From: Anaerolineae bacterium
Lineage (GTDB): Bacteria; Chloroflexota; Anaerolineae; Epilineales; Epilineaceae
Reading direction: 5' to 3'
NCBI GenBank assembly: GCA_038913135.1
Contig: JBCLES010000005.1
Coordinates: forward strand, 12,216-76,215
Length of the DNA stretch: 64,000 bases
Under the pieces are notes generated by a model that saw only the letters and a program-made list of their open reading frames with translations, ran no database searches and was not told the DNA's origin. Made by a program: the position numbers and the translations under genes. Shown in pieces: positions 28,803 through 37,440 of this stretch (position 1 is its first letter; every line of letters begins with the position of its first letter).

Positions 28803-30257
28803 GTGGAGACCAACAAGATCGAACAGGCCAGGCTCAGCGGGGCCGACATGCCTGAAGTGATGGACACGATCCTTCAGACGATCGGGGAGACACCGCTGAT
28901 TCGCTTGCAGAACATCGGAACCGGTGTCGTTCCCGAAGTTCTTGTCAAGGTCGAATTCTTCAATCCGGGGGGCTCCGTCAAGGATCGAATCGGGGTGTCG
29001 ATCCTCGACGACTACGAACGCCGCGGCATTCTGAAGCCCGGCGGCACCATTGTTGAGTCGACTTCGGGCAACACCGGGGTCGGGCTTGCGATCGCGGCTG
29101 CCCTGCGCGGCTACAACGCCATCTTCGTTATGCCCGACAAGATGTCGGACGAGAAGATCAGATTGCTGCGCGCCTTCGGAGCGCGCGTCGTCATCACACC
29201 GACGGCGGTCGAGCCGGACGATCCGCGATCGTATTACTCCGTGGCCAAGCGGCTTGTCGAAGAGACGCCCAACGCCGTTCTGGCGAATCAGTATCACAAT
29301 CCCGCTAACCCTGAAGCACATTATCTATCGACCGGGCCTGAGATATGGCGCCAAACCTCGGGCCACGTCACGCACTTCATCTGCTGCCTCGGGACCGGCG
29401 GGACAATCAGCGGCGTCGGCCGTTACCTGAAAGAGAAGAATCCCCTCATTCAAATCGTGGGCGTCGATCCGGTCGGCTCCGTCTTACACGACTACTTCTA
29501 CACCGGCGTCATGCCTCCGGCCCAATCCTACAAAGTCGAAGGCATCGGCGAAGACTTCCTGCCTTCGACTACCGACTTCAGCGTGGTTGACGACGTTGTT
29601 CAGGTGATGGATGGCGAGTCGTTCAGGATGGCGCGTCGGCTCGTGCGTGAAGAGGGCATGTTCGTCGGCGGATCTTGCGGCAGTGCGCTCGCAGGCGCCC
29701 TCAACTACATTGCGGATCACGAGCTTGGTCCTGAAGCCGTTGTCGTCGTCTTGCTCCCCGACTCCGGGAGCCGTTATTTGAGCAAGCTTTTCGACGATGA
29801 TTGGATGCGTGAGAACGGCTTCCTCACAGCTGGTCGCGTCAGCGGCTTCGTATCGGATGTCATCGCCGCTCGCGGACATCGCGACGTTATCAGCGTCCTA
29901 CCATCGGCATCGCCGCGCGACGTCGTCGCGCTGATGAAGGCCAATGGGATCTCGGAGCTGCCGGTCCTCGGTGAGGACGGCGACGTACGCGGGATAGTGC
30001 GCGAAATCGACCTTCTTTCCAGGATGCTCGACGCGCCGTCGAACGGGTCCGCGAGCTTGGACGTCTCGCATGCAACTATCGAGCCGATAATCAGCAATCG
30101 AGTCGCGGTCGTTCAGCCGGGTACGACGCTCAGCGTGCTCGGTAAGATCTTCAGTGAGACCGGGCTTGTGGTCGTGCGCGACGAAGGGCGTGTATCAGAC
30201 GTTCTGACCAAGATCGATCTTATCGACTATCTGACAGACAATTTGGAAGGCCGCTGA
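28803..30257 (+). CDS. cystathionine beta-synthase / cysteine synthase-type PLP enzyme with C-terminal CBS-domain pair
   Basis: GETPLIRL..FFNPGGSVKDRIG (PLP Lys)..TSGNTGVGLA..GTGGTISG, followed by two CBS domains (VISVLPSASPRDVVALMKANGISELPVL; VAVVQPGTTLSVLGKIF). Confidence 0.88.
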   Translation: METNKIEQARLSGADMPEVMDTILQTIGETPLIRLQNIGTGVVPEVLVKVEFFNPGGSVKDRIGVSILDDYERRGILKPGGTIVESTSGNTGVGLAIAAALRGYNAIFVMPDKMSDEKIRLLRAFGARVVITPTAVEPDDPRSYYSVAKRLVEETPNAVLANQYHNPANPEAHYLSTGPEIWRQTSGHVTHFICCLGTGGTISGVGRYLKEKNPLIQIVGVDPVGSVLHDYFYTGVMPPAQSYKVEGIGEDFLPSTTDFSVVDDVVQVMDGESFRMARRLVREEGMFVGGSCGSALAGALNYIADHELGPEAVVVVLLPDSGSRYLSKLFDDDWMRENGFLTAGRVSGFVSDVIAARGHRDVISVLPSASPRDVVALMKANGISELPVLGEDGDVRGIVREIDLLSRMLDAPSNGSASLDVSHATIEPIISNRVAVVQPGTTLSVLGKIFSETGLVVVRDEGRVSDVLTKIDLIDYLTDNLEGR

Positions 30258-31090
30258 TGAGCGGTCCCCACGCAGCGGAATTGGTCGACCTCCGGATCAT
30301 CCCGCTGGAGCGCATCACACCGCATGAGGACCATGACGAGCGCCGTATCGCGGCACTCGCCGAACGGATCCAGCGCGACGGTGTTTTACGGAATCCGCCA
30401 ATTGTCGCGCCGCTCGACGAGCATAATTTCGTCGTTTTGGACGGGGCTAATCGCACGTCGGCACTTCGCTTTCTCGATTATCCGCACGCCGTCGTTCAGG
30501 TAGTCGATTACTCAGCCGTCGAACTCTCCACCTGGAATCATCTGGTGATCGATCTTCAAGGCTACGAGCTCGCTTCGGGTATCGCGGGATTGGATGAGGT
30601 GCAACTAGTTCCGTCCAGCAAAGAACCGTCCGGGGAAGACCTGAATAGTGGATCAGCGCTCGGTTCCGTGGTGTTGCCGGACGGTCGAATCCTCGACTTG
30701 ATCGGCGAAGGTACGCTTCTCGAACGTGTCGAATTGCTTCGAAGCGTGGTCTCGATCTACAATGGGCGCTCTGACATTCACCGCGTTCAGGGTGCCGACA
30801 TCGGATCAGCATGCGCGGACCATGCGCAGGTAGCGGGCATCATCGTTTTCCCGCGTTTCACTCCGGCTGACGTGCTTTCGATAGTCAGCGCCGGATCGTT
30901 CCTCCCCTCGGGCATCTCCAGGCATGTCATCCCCGGTCGGGCCCTGCGCATCAACTACACTCTTGCCGATCTGGCAGCCGATATCGACACCGACGAGAAG
31001 AATCGGTCACTTCAAACCTGGTTCCGGCGCAAGCAACAGGCAAGGGAGATCCGCTACTATGAAGAGCCGACCATCCTCTTCGACGAGTAA
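30257..31090 (+). CDS. ParB/sulfiredoxin-fold protein, possible free serine kinase (SerK/SbnI-like)
   Basis: IPLERITPHEDHDERRI....LRNPPIV....VVLDGANRTSAL is the ParB/Srx N-terminal domain pattern. ATGA overlap with the PLP enzyme stop. Functional call is inference only. Confidence 0.5.
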   Translation: MSGPHAAELVDLRIIPLERITPHEDHDERRIAALAERIQRDGVLRNPPIVAPLDEHNFVVLDGANRTSALRFLDYPHAVVQVVDYSAVELSTWNHLVIDLQGYELASGIAGLDEVQLVPSSKEPSGEDLNSGSALGSVVLPDGRILDLIGEGTLLERVELLRSVVSIYNGRSDIHRVQGADIGSACADHAQVAGIIVFPRFTPADVLSIVSAGSFLPSGISRHVIPGRALRINYTLADLAADIDTDEKNRSLQTWFRRKQQAREIRYYEEPTILFDE

Positions 31091-31123
31091 AGCGCTGCAG
31101 CGCGAAGCGAGATCAAAAAGACC

Positions 31124-31474
31124 ATGAGCGATCAACCAGCCGGCATGACGACGAGCGAAGCGAGCACGGTCGAAGAAGCGGCAATCGAATCTGAGATCCG
31201 TGAAGCGCTGCGCCAGGTCGTCGATCCGGAGATCAACATCGATATCGTCTCACTCGGGCTGATTCGAGAGATCGTAAGGGACGGCACTGGCACCGAGGTG
31301 CGGATGATTCTGACGACACCGTTTTGCCCATACGCCGGAACGCTCGTTCAACAGACAAAGGACATGACCCGCTCCGTTACGGGCGGCGATGTTCGGGTTG
31401 TCTTGCTGGACGAGCCCGTGTGGTCGCCCGAGCTGATGGAAGGCGGCGATTGGTCGGAGTGGGGGCTCGTCTAG
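31124..31474 (+). CDS. DUF59/SufT-like Fe-S assembly protein
   Basis: IREALRQVVDPEINIDIVSLGLIREI....MILTTPFCPYAG, the classic DUF59 (MIP18/SufT) pattern. Confidence 0.85.
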   Translation: MSDQPAGMTTSEASTVEEAAIESEIREALRQVVDPEINIDIVSLGLIREIVRDGTGTEVRMILTTPFCPYAGTLVQQTKDMTRSVTGGDVRVVLLDEPVWSPELMEGGDWSEWGLV

Positions 31475-31491
31475 TTCCGAGCGCAGCTCCG

Positions 31492-34400
31492 TCAACGCAA
31501 CTCTGTGGCGTCGCTGGTCTCCGTGATGTCGGATTCCGACCACGGCAGGTAGATTGTGGCCCGTTCGGTCGGCACCGCCGTCATTGCTGTCACCGTAGGA
31601 CTAGGGGTCGACGTTGTGGGCGGCGGCGTCACTCCGCCGGGCGTCGAAGTGGGAACTACGGTCGAAGTGGCCGTGGGAAACCCTCTCGGCTCCGTCGAAA
31701 CGCTGACGAAATGGCCATCGCGCGTGATCGTGCGCGCCGTCATTCTGCGCAGCGCCTCGATGTCGATCCCACCCGGGAACTCCGACTCATGGACGCTCCA
31801 TGCGCCGCTAGCGCCTACGGAAACGTTGATCGACGTTCTGGGACGGCCGACTGAATCGAGGAGGACCGTGATCGTCGTATGTGGCGGACCGACGCCGTGG
31901 ACCAGGTTCGCTTCATAGTCGAGGGCTATCGATAGCGGAGGGATAAGGAGCGCGGCGACGGAGGCTGCAAAGGGATCGCCGGCGGGATGTAAGCTCAAGG
32001 TTTGTCCCGGCAGATTGATCCCCGTGGCCGGATCGTCGCTCAGAAGAACTGTTTCGAACCCTCCGAGAGTGTCCGTCCGCGTCGACGAGCGCGCGATCTC
32101 TTCGCCGGAGTTCGAGAGCTTGAGCGCATACGCTTCAAGCGGCGCGGCGATGCCGCGAACGATTCCAGCCGCGATCTCGATCTCCAATCGGGCGATGGTC
32201 GCGCGCACCCAAGTTCGATGCCCTCGCGGGTCATCGGCGCTGGCATCGACAATCGTGCCTGCGGGCAGAGCACCTATTCCCGGCAGTTGAACGGCGAAGG
32301 ATCCATCGGAGGCTGCAGGGGCGCCGATCGGAGTCCACCGTTCTACGCCCGGCTCTTGGACTGTCACGACGACGGGCGCACCCGGAACCGCCCTGCCGAA
32401 TACGCTTCGTGTGGCAGCCGAGATGGTGGTTGAGATCGGTGCTACCACCGTCAAGGCCATCTCGGTCACACCTGACGACTCACTGCTCCATTCCGCTCTG
32501 ACAGTGTCACCGCTCGCCAGCCTGTAAGAGGAGCTTTCCGGCAGCACTATCGCGAAGCGTCCATCGGAATCGGCCATTGAAACCGCCGAGGCGACTGAGA
32601 TGCCTTCGCGCTCCGCGCCGATATGGACGTTGACTCCGGGACCCGCAAAGCCGGAAATGGAGTGTCCTCGAGACTGAACCGCCAATAGAGGCATTCGACG
32701 TCCGATCTCGAACCGATCGCCATCCGGAGAGGTGTAGCGGGCTTGCACAATATCGCCGCCGGACACGTCGAAACGCTCGCCGACGGCCGTCTCGTACTCC
32801 GGCGTGCCCGTGCGTTCAACGCTCGCTTCGATTCGACCGCCGCCAAGTCCCCGCTCGTCGATCGCCGTGACGCTGACCTCGCCTTCACGTGGCGCCTCAC
32901 CGAACACCAGGTCGCGCATCGGATCGGCGTCAACGCTGATTGACGGAATGGTAACGCTCAACTCGCGCCCGGCCGACTCGATACGGAGCCTGTTCCCCGG
33001 TAGAAGGCGAACCGCTGACCCTTCGCGACTGCGGAGGGTGAGTTCGAAAGCACCTGATAGGTCGGCAGCGCCTTCGGCAAAACCTCTGAGATCGTCCTCC
33101 GAATCTAGGGCAGCGACGATACGCTCGCCCGGCCGAGCGTGCCCCTTGACTATTCCCAGCACGATGTCGAGAGAGAGCCGCCACGCTGAGTCGTGTTCTA
33201 AGAACGTGACACCGCCCAACTTCACGGCAGCGTCGACGTGATCTCCGGCGCTTATCTCCTCACCGGCGAAGACGCCTGCGAAAGTGCCGTCCATGGCCGA
33301 GACCAGCTCGATTTCGGCTCTCGGCGCTTCGGGGGCGCCGAGTTTCAGGCGAACTGTGCGACCCGGAGCCGTCACGCCTCGGATACCGTTCGTCTCCGGG
33401 TTGGCGTCGACGATGAGGGGAGGGGTCTCGACCTCCGTCCAGCCCGAGTCGACGCCAACCCGGAGAAGGTCGCCCGCCAATATTGGAACGGGAAGGCCAA
33501 AGGCGTCTCGCAAATCGAGTAGCCAATCGCAGCGAGCACAACCGGCCACCGCGAATCCGGCGGTCGGCGGCACCGCGGACTGTGCTTGGCCGATCGTGAA
33601 GCCTTGACGCACAAGCTCAGCTTCGATCCGCTGACCGCCGATTCCGGCTCCGGCGACGTCGGAGCCGCCGAGTTCGACCTCGATGTCAGGCACGACCCAG
33701 GGCAACGCCACTTTCGCCCGCTCGCTCAGGTCCATTGCTACGAAGCCTGAATCACCCGCCTCGATGCCTTCCGGCGGCGAGAGCGCGAACCTGCCTGAAG
33801 CGTCGGTCGGAATGTGCCAAGGAGTCCAGCCCTCGGCGCTTCGAATTCCTACTTCGACGTGCCAGTCGGCGAGGGCTGATCCCGAAATGCGACCCCGTTC
33901 CGGATCGACGTCCACGACCAGGCTGGGAATCACAAACGAAAGCGGTTCGGCCCGCCCGAGCCACGCGATGAGGAGATCGTCGCCCGCGCGCAGCCTGAAC
34001 CTTTCGCCGTCCCTGCGCCTCAAAGAAAGCTCGAAACGGCCCAGCGCGTCGGCGGTACCGCTCGCATCGGCGACCGAACGTCCACTTTCGTCGCGCACGG
34101 TCCCCGCGACCGTCGCGCCCGGCGGAGACAGGCCGGAAAGGCGATCAGCTCCAAGTGTCGCAGTGACGCGCTCGGCAAGGGCCCGGCTCCTGAATGCCAT
34201 GACGGCACTCTTAGCGACGATCTCCACAGGCGTCTCAGGGCGAAGGTCGATGACATCCGTCATGTCGAGGGTGAAGACGCCGGCCTCAGCTACGTTGAAA
34301 CTGCTAGTCGCCGCTGTTCCATCCGGTCTCCGCGCACGTGCGATGTACCGCCCGGAGCGATCGATTGTGCCGACCACGGTATCGTCCGCAGGCACCACGC

Positions 34401-34818
34401 GAGCGCTGGCATCAGGCGCGACGCCGGCCGCGATCGATCGGCCGTCCACGGTTATCGTCAATCGCTCACCCGCGCGGATTGGATGGACGGCGCCGTCCGC
34501 GCCGCGGACTACCACATCGATCGCTGCGTCGCCGACACGACTGGCCTCGCCTTCGGCTATTGGAGCGTGCCGGCCGACGCCGCCGACGAAGATGCCCACG
34601 CTGACTCCCGCTGTCGACGTCACTCGGACGGTGGGAGTGCCGATGAGAACGTCGGCCGTCGGCGAAACTGCCTGCCCGGAAACCACCTTTGCGCTCAGGA
34701 TCGCGATCGGCGCGAATGCAGCCGCGAGCAGCATCTGCGCGATGATCCGCGCGTCCGCAGCGGGCAAGCGAAGCCGACGTCTTTGCGATTTCACACGTGC
34801 ATTATCCCAGTTCGTCAA
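31492..34818 (-). CDS. large secreted repeat protein (>=8 uncharacterised ~90-110-aa modules), Pro/Thr-rich C-terminal linker
   Basis: N-terminal signal-anchor RRRLRLPAADARIIAQMLLAAAFAPIAILSA. Recurring module such as RLRAGDDLLIAWLGRAEPLSFVIPSLVVDVDPERGRISG / LLPGNRLRIESAGRELSVTIPSISVDADPMRDLVFG / ILAGDLLRVGVDSGWTEVETPPLIVDANPETNGIRG. TTG start; GTG 34794 is an alternative. Confidence 0.7.
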   Translation of the reverse strand: MTNWDNARVKSQRRRLRLPAADARIIAQMLLAAAFAPIAILSAKVVSGQAVSPTADVLIGTPTVRVTSTAGVSVGIFVGGVGRHAPIAEGEASRVGDAAIDVVVRGADGAVHPIRAGERLTITVDGRSIAAGVAPDASARVVPADDTVVGTIDRSGRYIARARRPDGTAATSSFNVAEAGVFTLDMTDVIDLRPETPVEIVAKSAVMAFRSRALAERVTATLGADRLSGLSPPGATVAGTVRDESGRSVADASGTADALGRFELSLRRRDGERFRLRAGDDLLIAWLGRAEPLSFVIPSLVVDVDPERGRISGSALADWHVEVGIRSAEGWTPWHIPTDASGRFALSPPEGIEAGDSGFVAMDLSERAKVALPWVVPDIEVELGGSDVAGAGIGGQRIEAELVRQGFTIGQAQSAVPPTAGFAVAGCARCDWLLDLRDAFGLPVPILAGDLLRVGVDSGWTEVETPPLIVDANPETNGIRGVTAPGRTVRLKLGAPEAPRAEIELVSAMDGTFAGVFAGEEISAGDHVDAAVKLGGVTFLEHDSAWRLSLDIVLGIVKGHARPGERIVAALDSEDDLRGFAEGAADLSGAFELTLRSREGSAVRLLPGNRLRIESAGRELSVTIPSISVDADPMRDLVFGEAPREGEVSVTAIDERGLGGGRIEASVERTGTPEYETAVGERFDVSGGDIVQARYTSPDGDRFEIGRRMPLLAVQSRGHSISGFAGPGVNVHIGAEREGISVASAVSMADSDGRFAIVLPESSSYRLASGDTVRAEWSSESSGVTEMALTVVAPISTTISAATRSVFGRAVPGAPVVVTVQEPGVERWTPIGAPAASDGSFAVQLPGIGALPAGTIVDASADDPRGHRTWVRATIARLEIEIAAGIVRGIAAPLEAYALKLSNSGEEIARSSTRTDTLGGFETVLLSDDPATGINLPGQTLSLHPAGDPFAASVAALLIPPLSIALDYEANLVHGVGPPHTTITVLLDSVGRPRTSINVSVGASGAWSVHESEFPGGIDIEALRRMTARTITRDGHFVSVSTEPRGFPTATSTVVPTSTPGGVTPPPTTSTPSPTVTAMTAVPTERATIYLPWSESDITETSDATELR

Positions 34819-34875
34819 TGCATCCGCAATAGAAGCCGCGCAGCTTTGGCTGGGCCAGTGTCGGCATTGGCCCTG

Positions 34876-35901
34876 TCAAGACCTGCGGCTGATCGCGGCG
34901 TGCGCAAGATCGACAAGAATTTGGGTCTCGCCAGGGTCCAACGGAACGCGGTTCAGGGCTGCTACGGCTAAATCAACGTAGCGGGCCGCCTCGCCTTCCG
35001 CGAAGTGCTTGGCGCCCGCGGCCTCGATGTGCTCGAGCACGCTGTCGGCCTCCGATTCCGGGGCTCCGGCTGCCCAGAAACGACGGATTGCGTTGCCGGC
35101 GCTAGGTTCGTTGAGCGCGAATACAATCGGCAGCGATTTCTTCCCACGACGCAAGTCATTTCCCGCCGGCTTGCCGATCAGCCCGGCAGACCCCCAAAGT
35201 CCGAGGACATCGTCCCGAACTTGGAACGCCACCCCAATCGCCTCGCCGGCATCTGTCAGAGCGTCCACAGAAGCGGCATCGGCGCCCCCAAGCCGCGCCC
35301 CGATTCCAGCTGCGGCGCCCAACAACGCCCCTGTCTTGCGCTCGACCATCCCGAAGTATTCGTCGACGCCAACGTCGTCCCGACCCTCGAACACGAGGTC
35401 TAGGAATTGTCCTTCCGACAGGCGGATGCATGCGCGATCATATTGGGTATTGATATCGAGTCGAACCTCGGTTTCGATGCCTTCAATCGACGCAAGCACG
35501 TGTCGAGCGATCGAGAAGAGCGTGTCCCCAGCCCCGATCGCTTGGGCATCACCTATCTCTGTCCAGAGCGCGGGTCGACCGCGGCGCACGCGGTCGCGGT
35601 CCTGGAGATCATCATGGATCAACGAAAATTCGTGTGTGAGCTCGATGGCGGCGGCGGCCTGCTCCGCACTCAGCTTGGAGCCGCCAACGGCGGCGCAAGC
35701 GGCGAGGCACAGCGATGGGCGAACTCCCTTCCCGCGCCGTCCGTCATCCACACGCCCGTCGATAGACGTGTAGCCGACGTGATAGCTGAGCCATCCGTAG
35801 AGCTGAGCAACCGAAGCATCGGGTGGCTCGAGAGCGCGACGCATTGTTCTTTCGACGCCTTCGAGACCCGGGCCGGACCACTCCGGCGCGCTGTTAGCCA
35901 T
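34876..35901 (-). CDS. polyprenyl (geranylgeranyl) diphosphate synthase
   Basis: First Asp-rich motif LIHDDLQDRD and second FQVRDDVLG. 341 aa. Confidence 0.9.
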   Translation of the reverse strand: MANSAPEWSGPGLEGVERTMRRALEPPDASVAQLYGWLSYHVGYTSIDGRVDDGRRGKGVRPSLCLAACAAVGGSKLSAEQAAAAIELTHEFSLIHDDLQDRDRVRRGRPALWTEIGDAQAIGAGDTLFSIARHVLASIEGIETEVRLDINTQYDRACIRLSEGQFLDLVFEGRDDVGVDEYFGMVERKTGALLGAAAGIGARLGGADAASVDALTDAGEAIGVAFQVRDDVLGLWGSAGLIGKPAGNDLRRGKKSLPIVFALNEPSAGNAIRRFWAAGAPESEADSVLEHIEAAGAKHFAEGEAARYVDLAVAALNRVPLDPGETQILVDLAHAAISRRS

Positions 35902-36928
35902 GCTTCACGATGAGCTTCGCTTTCCGAAGGGACGCAAGGTCCGGCGCGCCGAGAGCGAACATCGCCGCTTGCAACGTGCGCTTAAGCGCGACGATCCGCA
36001 GCTCGACTTCGGCGGTCGACACAGTCGCTGCTCGCAAGAACTGGCCGGCAAGCCCGGCCGCGTCGGCGCCGAGCGCGATCGACTTCGCGACGTCTACGCC
36101 GTCGCGAATGCCGCCGCTGGCGAACAGAATCGCATCCGGGACGAGTTCATGGATCTGACGCAGGCATTCGACGGTCGGTGTGCCCCATCCGACGAAGGCT
36201 GCCGCGACCTCCCGATCGACTTCCGAAGCAGCTCTATGTTTCTCCACTTCGCTCCAGCTTGTGCCCCCCGCGCCGGCGACATCGATCGCGGCAACGCCGG
36301 CATCGACGAGCTGACGGGCGACTTCGCCCGTGATCCCCCAGCCGACCTCTTTGGCAATGATCGGGACTTCGAGTTCCCGCGCGACCGCCTCGATCCGACC
36401 CAGGATGCCGGCCCACCGGGTATCGCCTTCCGGCTGTACGGCCTCCTGGAGCGCGTTCAGGTGCAGAATGAGGGCATCGGCCTCGATCATGTCGACCGCC
36501 GCTCGGCATTGCTCGACACCGTAACCGAGGTTGAGTTGGGCGGCGCCGAGGTTGGCGAAGAGCGCAACGTTGGGAGCAAACCGGCGAATTTGGAAGCTGG
36601 TCGCGAGCTCCTCCGCTTCGAGGGCGGCCCGCTGCGATCCCACGCCCATCGCGATGCGTTCGGACTGCGCGGCTTCGGCCAGGCGTTCGTTTATTGGACC
36701 TAGTCCGTCAGCCCCACCGGTCATCGACGAGATCAAGAGCGGCGCGGCAAGACGCCGCCCGAACAGAACCAAGGACATGTCGATCTCGCCAAGATCGATC
36801 TCAGGAAGCGCACGATGCTCGAAGCGCAGCGAATCAAAGCCGGCGCTCACGCCCGAAGTGACCGGTTGATCAAGGTTGATGCGAACGTGGTCGAGCTTGC
36901 GAGTCGCTGTCGAACGGGTTTGGCTCAT
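35894..36928 (-). CDS. fni: type 2 isopentenyl-diphosphate delta-isomerase (FMN-dependent)
   Basis: RKLDHVRI....[16 protein letters not shown]....[13 protein letters not shown]...[18 protein letters not shown]. Overlaps the GGPP synthase start by 8 nt. Confidence 0.9.
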   Translation of the reverse strand: MSQTRSTATRKLDHVRINLDQPVTSGVSAGFDSLRFEHRALPEIDLGEIDMSLVLFGRRLAAPLLISSMTGGADGLGPINERLAEAAQSERIAMGVGSQRAALEAEELATSFQIRRFAPNVALFANLGAAQLNLGYGVEQCRAAVDMIEADALILHLNALQEAVQPEGDTRWAGILGRIEAVARELEVPIIAKEVGWGITGEVARQLVDAGVAAIDVAGAGGTSWSEVEKHRAASEVDREVAAAFVGWGTPTVECLRQIHELVPDAILFASGGIRDGVDVAKSIALGADAAGLAGQFLRAATVSTAEVELRIVALKRTLQAAMFALGAPDLASLRKAKLIVKHG

Positions 36929-37024
36929 CGAGCGCTCGAATTGGCATGCTGATGCTGTCCGGAAGTCTGACGCAGTCGAGTATGAAGTCGGCAGGAAAGG
37001 AGGTCAACCTCATAACGCTTTCCA

Positions 37025-37053
37025 TTGACGCATCTCGGCCGCGCACGTATCAT
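37025..37053 (+). promoter_or_regulatory. near-consensus sigma-70-type promoter for the ACP gene
   Basis: TTGACG (37025-37030), 17-nt spacer, TATCAT (37048-37053). AGGAG at 37081-37085 and ATG at 37096. Confidence 0.6.
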
Positions 37054-37095
37054 GTACCGCCCGCGTTCGGTTTGCGCCCTAGGAGATGAGACGGC

Positions 37096-37350
37096 ATGGC
37101 GAGCGCCGAAGAGACCTTTCAGCGTGTACAGGACATCGTCGCGCAGCATTTCGACGTCGATGCTTCCGAAGTATCACTCAATACGAACTTCCGTGACGAC
37201 ATGGATGCCGACTCGCTCGATCTGGCCGAGTTGATCATGTATTTCGAAGAGAAGTTCGAAGTCGGCACCATCAGCGAGGACGATGCGTCGACGATCGCCA
37301 CTGTCGGCGACGCCGTCAACTATCTTTCGAACGCGCTCGCGACCAACTGA
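37096..37350 (+). CDS. acpP: acyl carrier protein
   Basis: FRDDMDADSLDLAELIMYFEEKFEV carries the phosphopantetheine-attachment DSL motif. 84 aa. Confidence 0.88.
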   Translation: MASAEETFQRVQDIVAQHFDVDASEVSLNTNFRDDMDADSLDLAELIMYFEEKFEVGTISEDDASTIATVGDAVNYLSNALATN

Positions 37351-37440
37351 ACTACTTGGCGCGCTGAAGTGATGAGCGTTTGCCGGTAGCCATAATGCAC
37401 GCTCGAATCTTAGTCGCAATCACTTCGCACCGGTCCGCGC

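Noticed and set aside
33683-34981. 432-aa plus-strand ORF (and others at 32804-33241, 31556-31918)
   Set aside because: Antisense to the 1108-aa repeat protein. Low-complexity Ser/Ala/Arg/Pro translation. Shadow ORFs.
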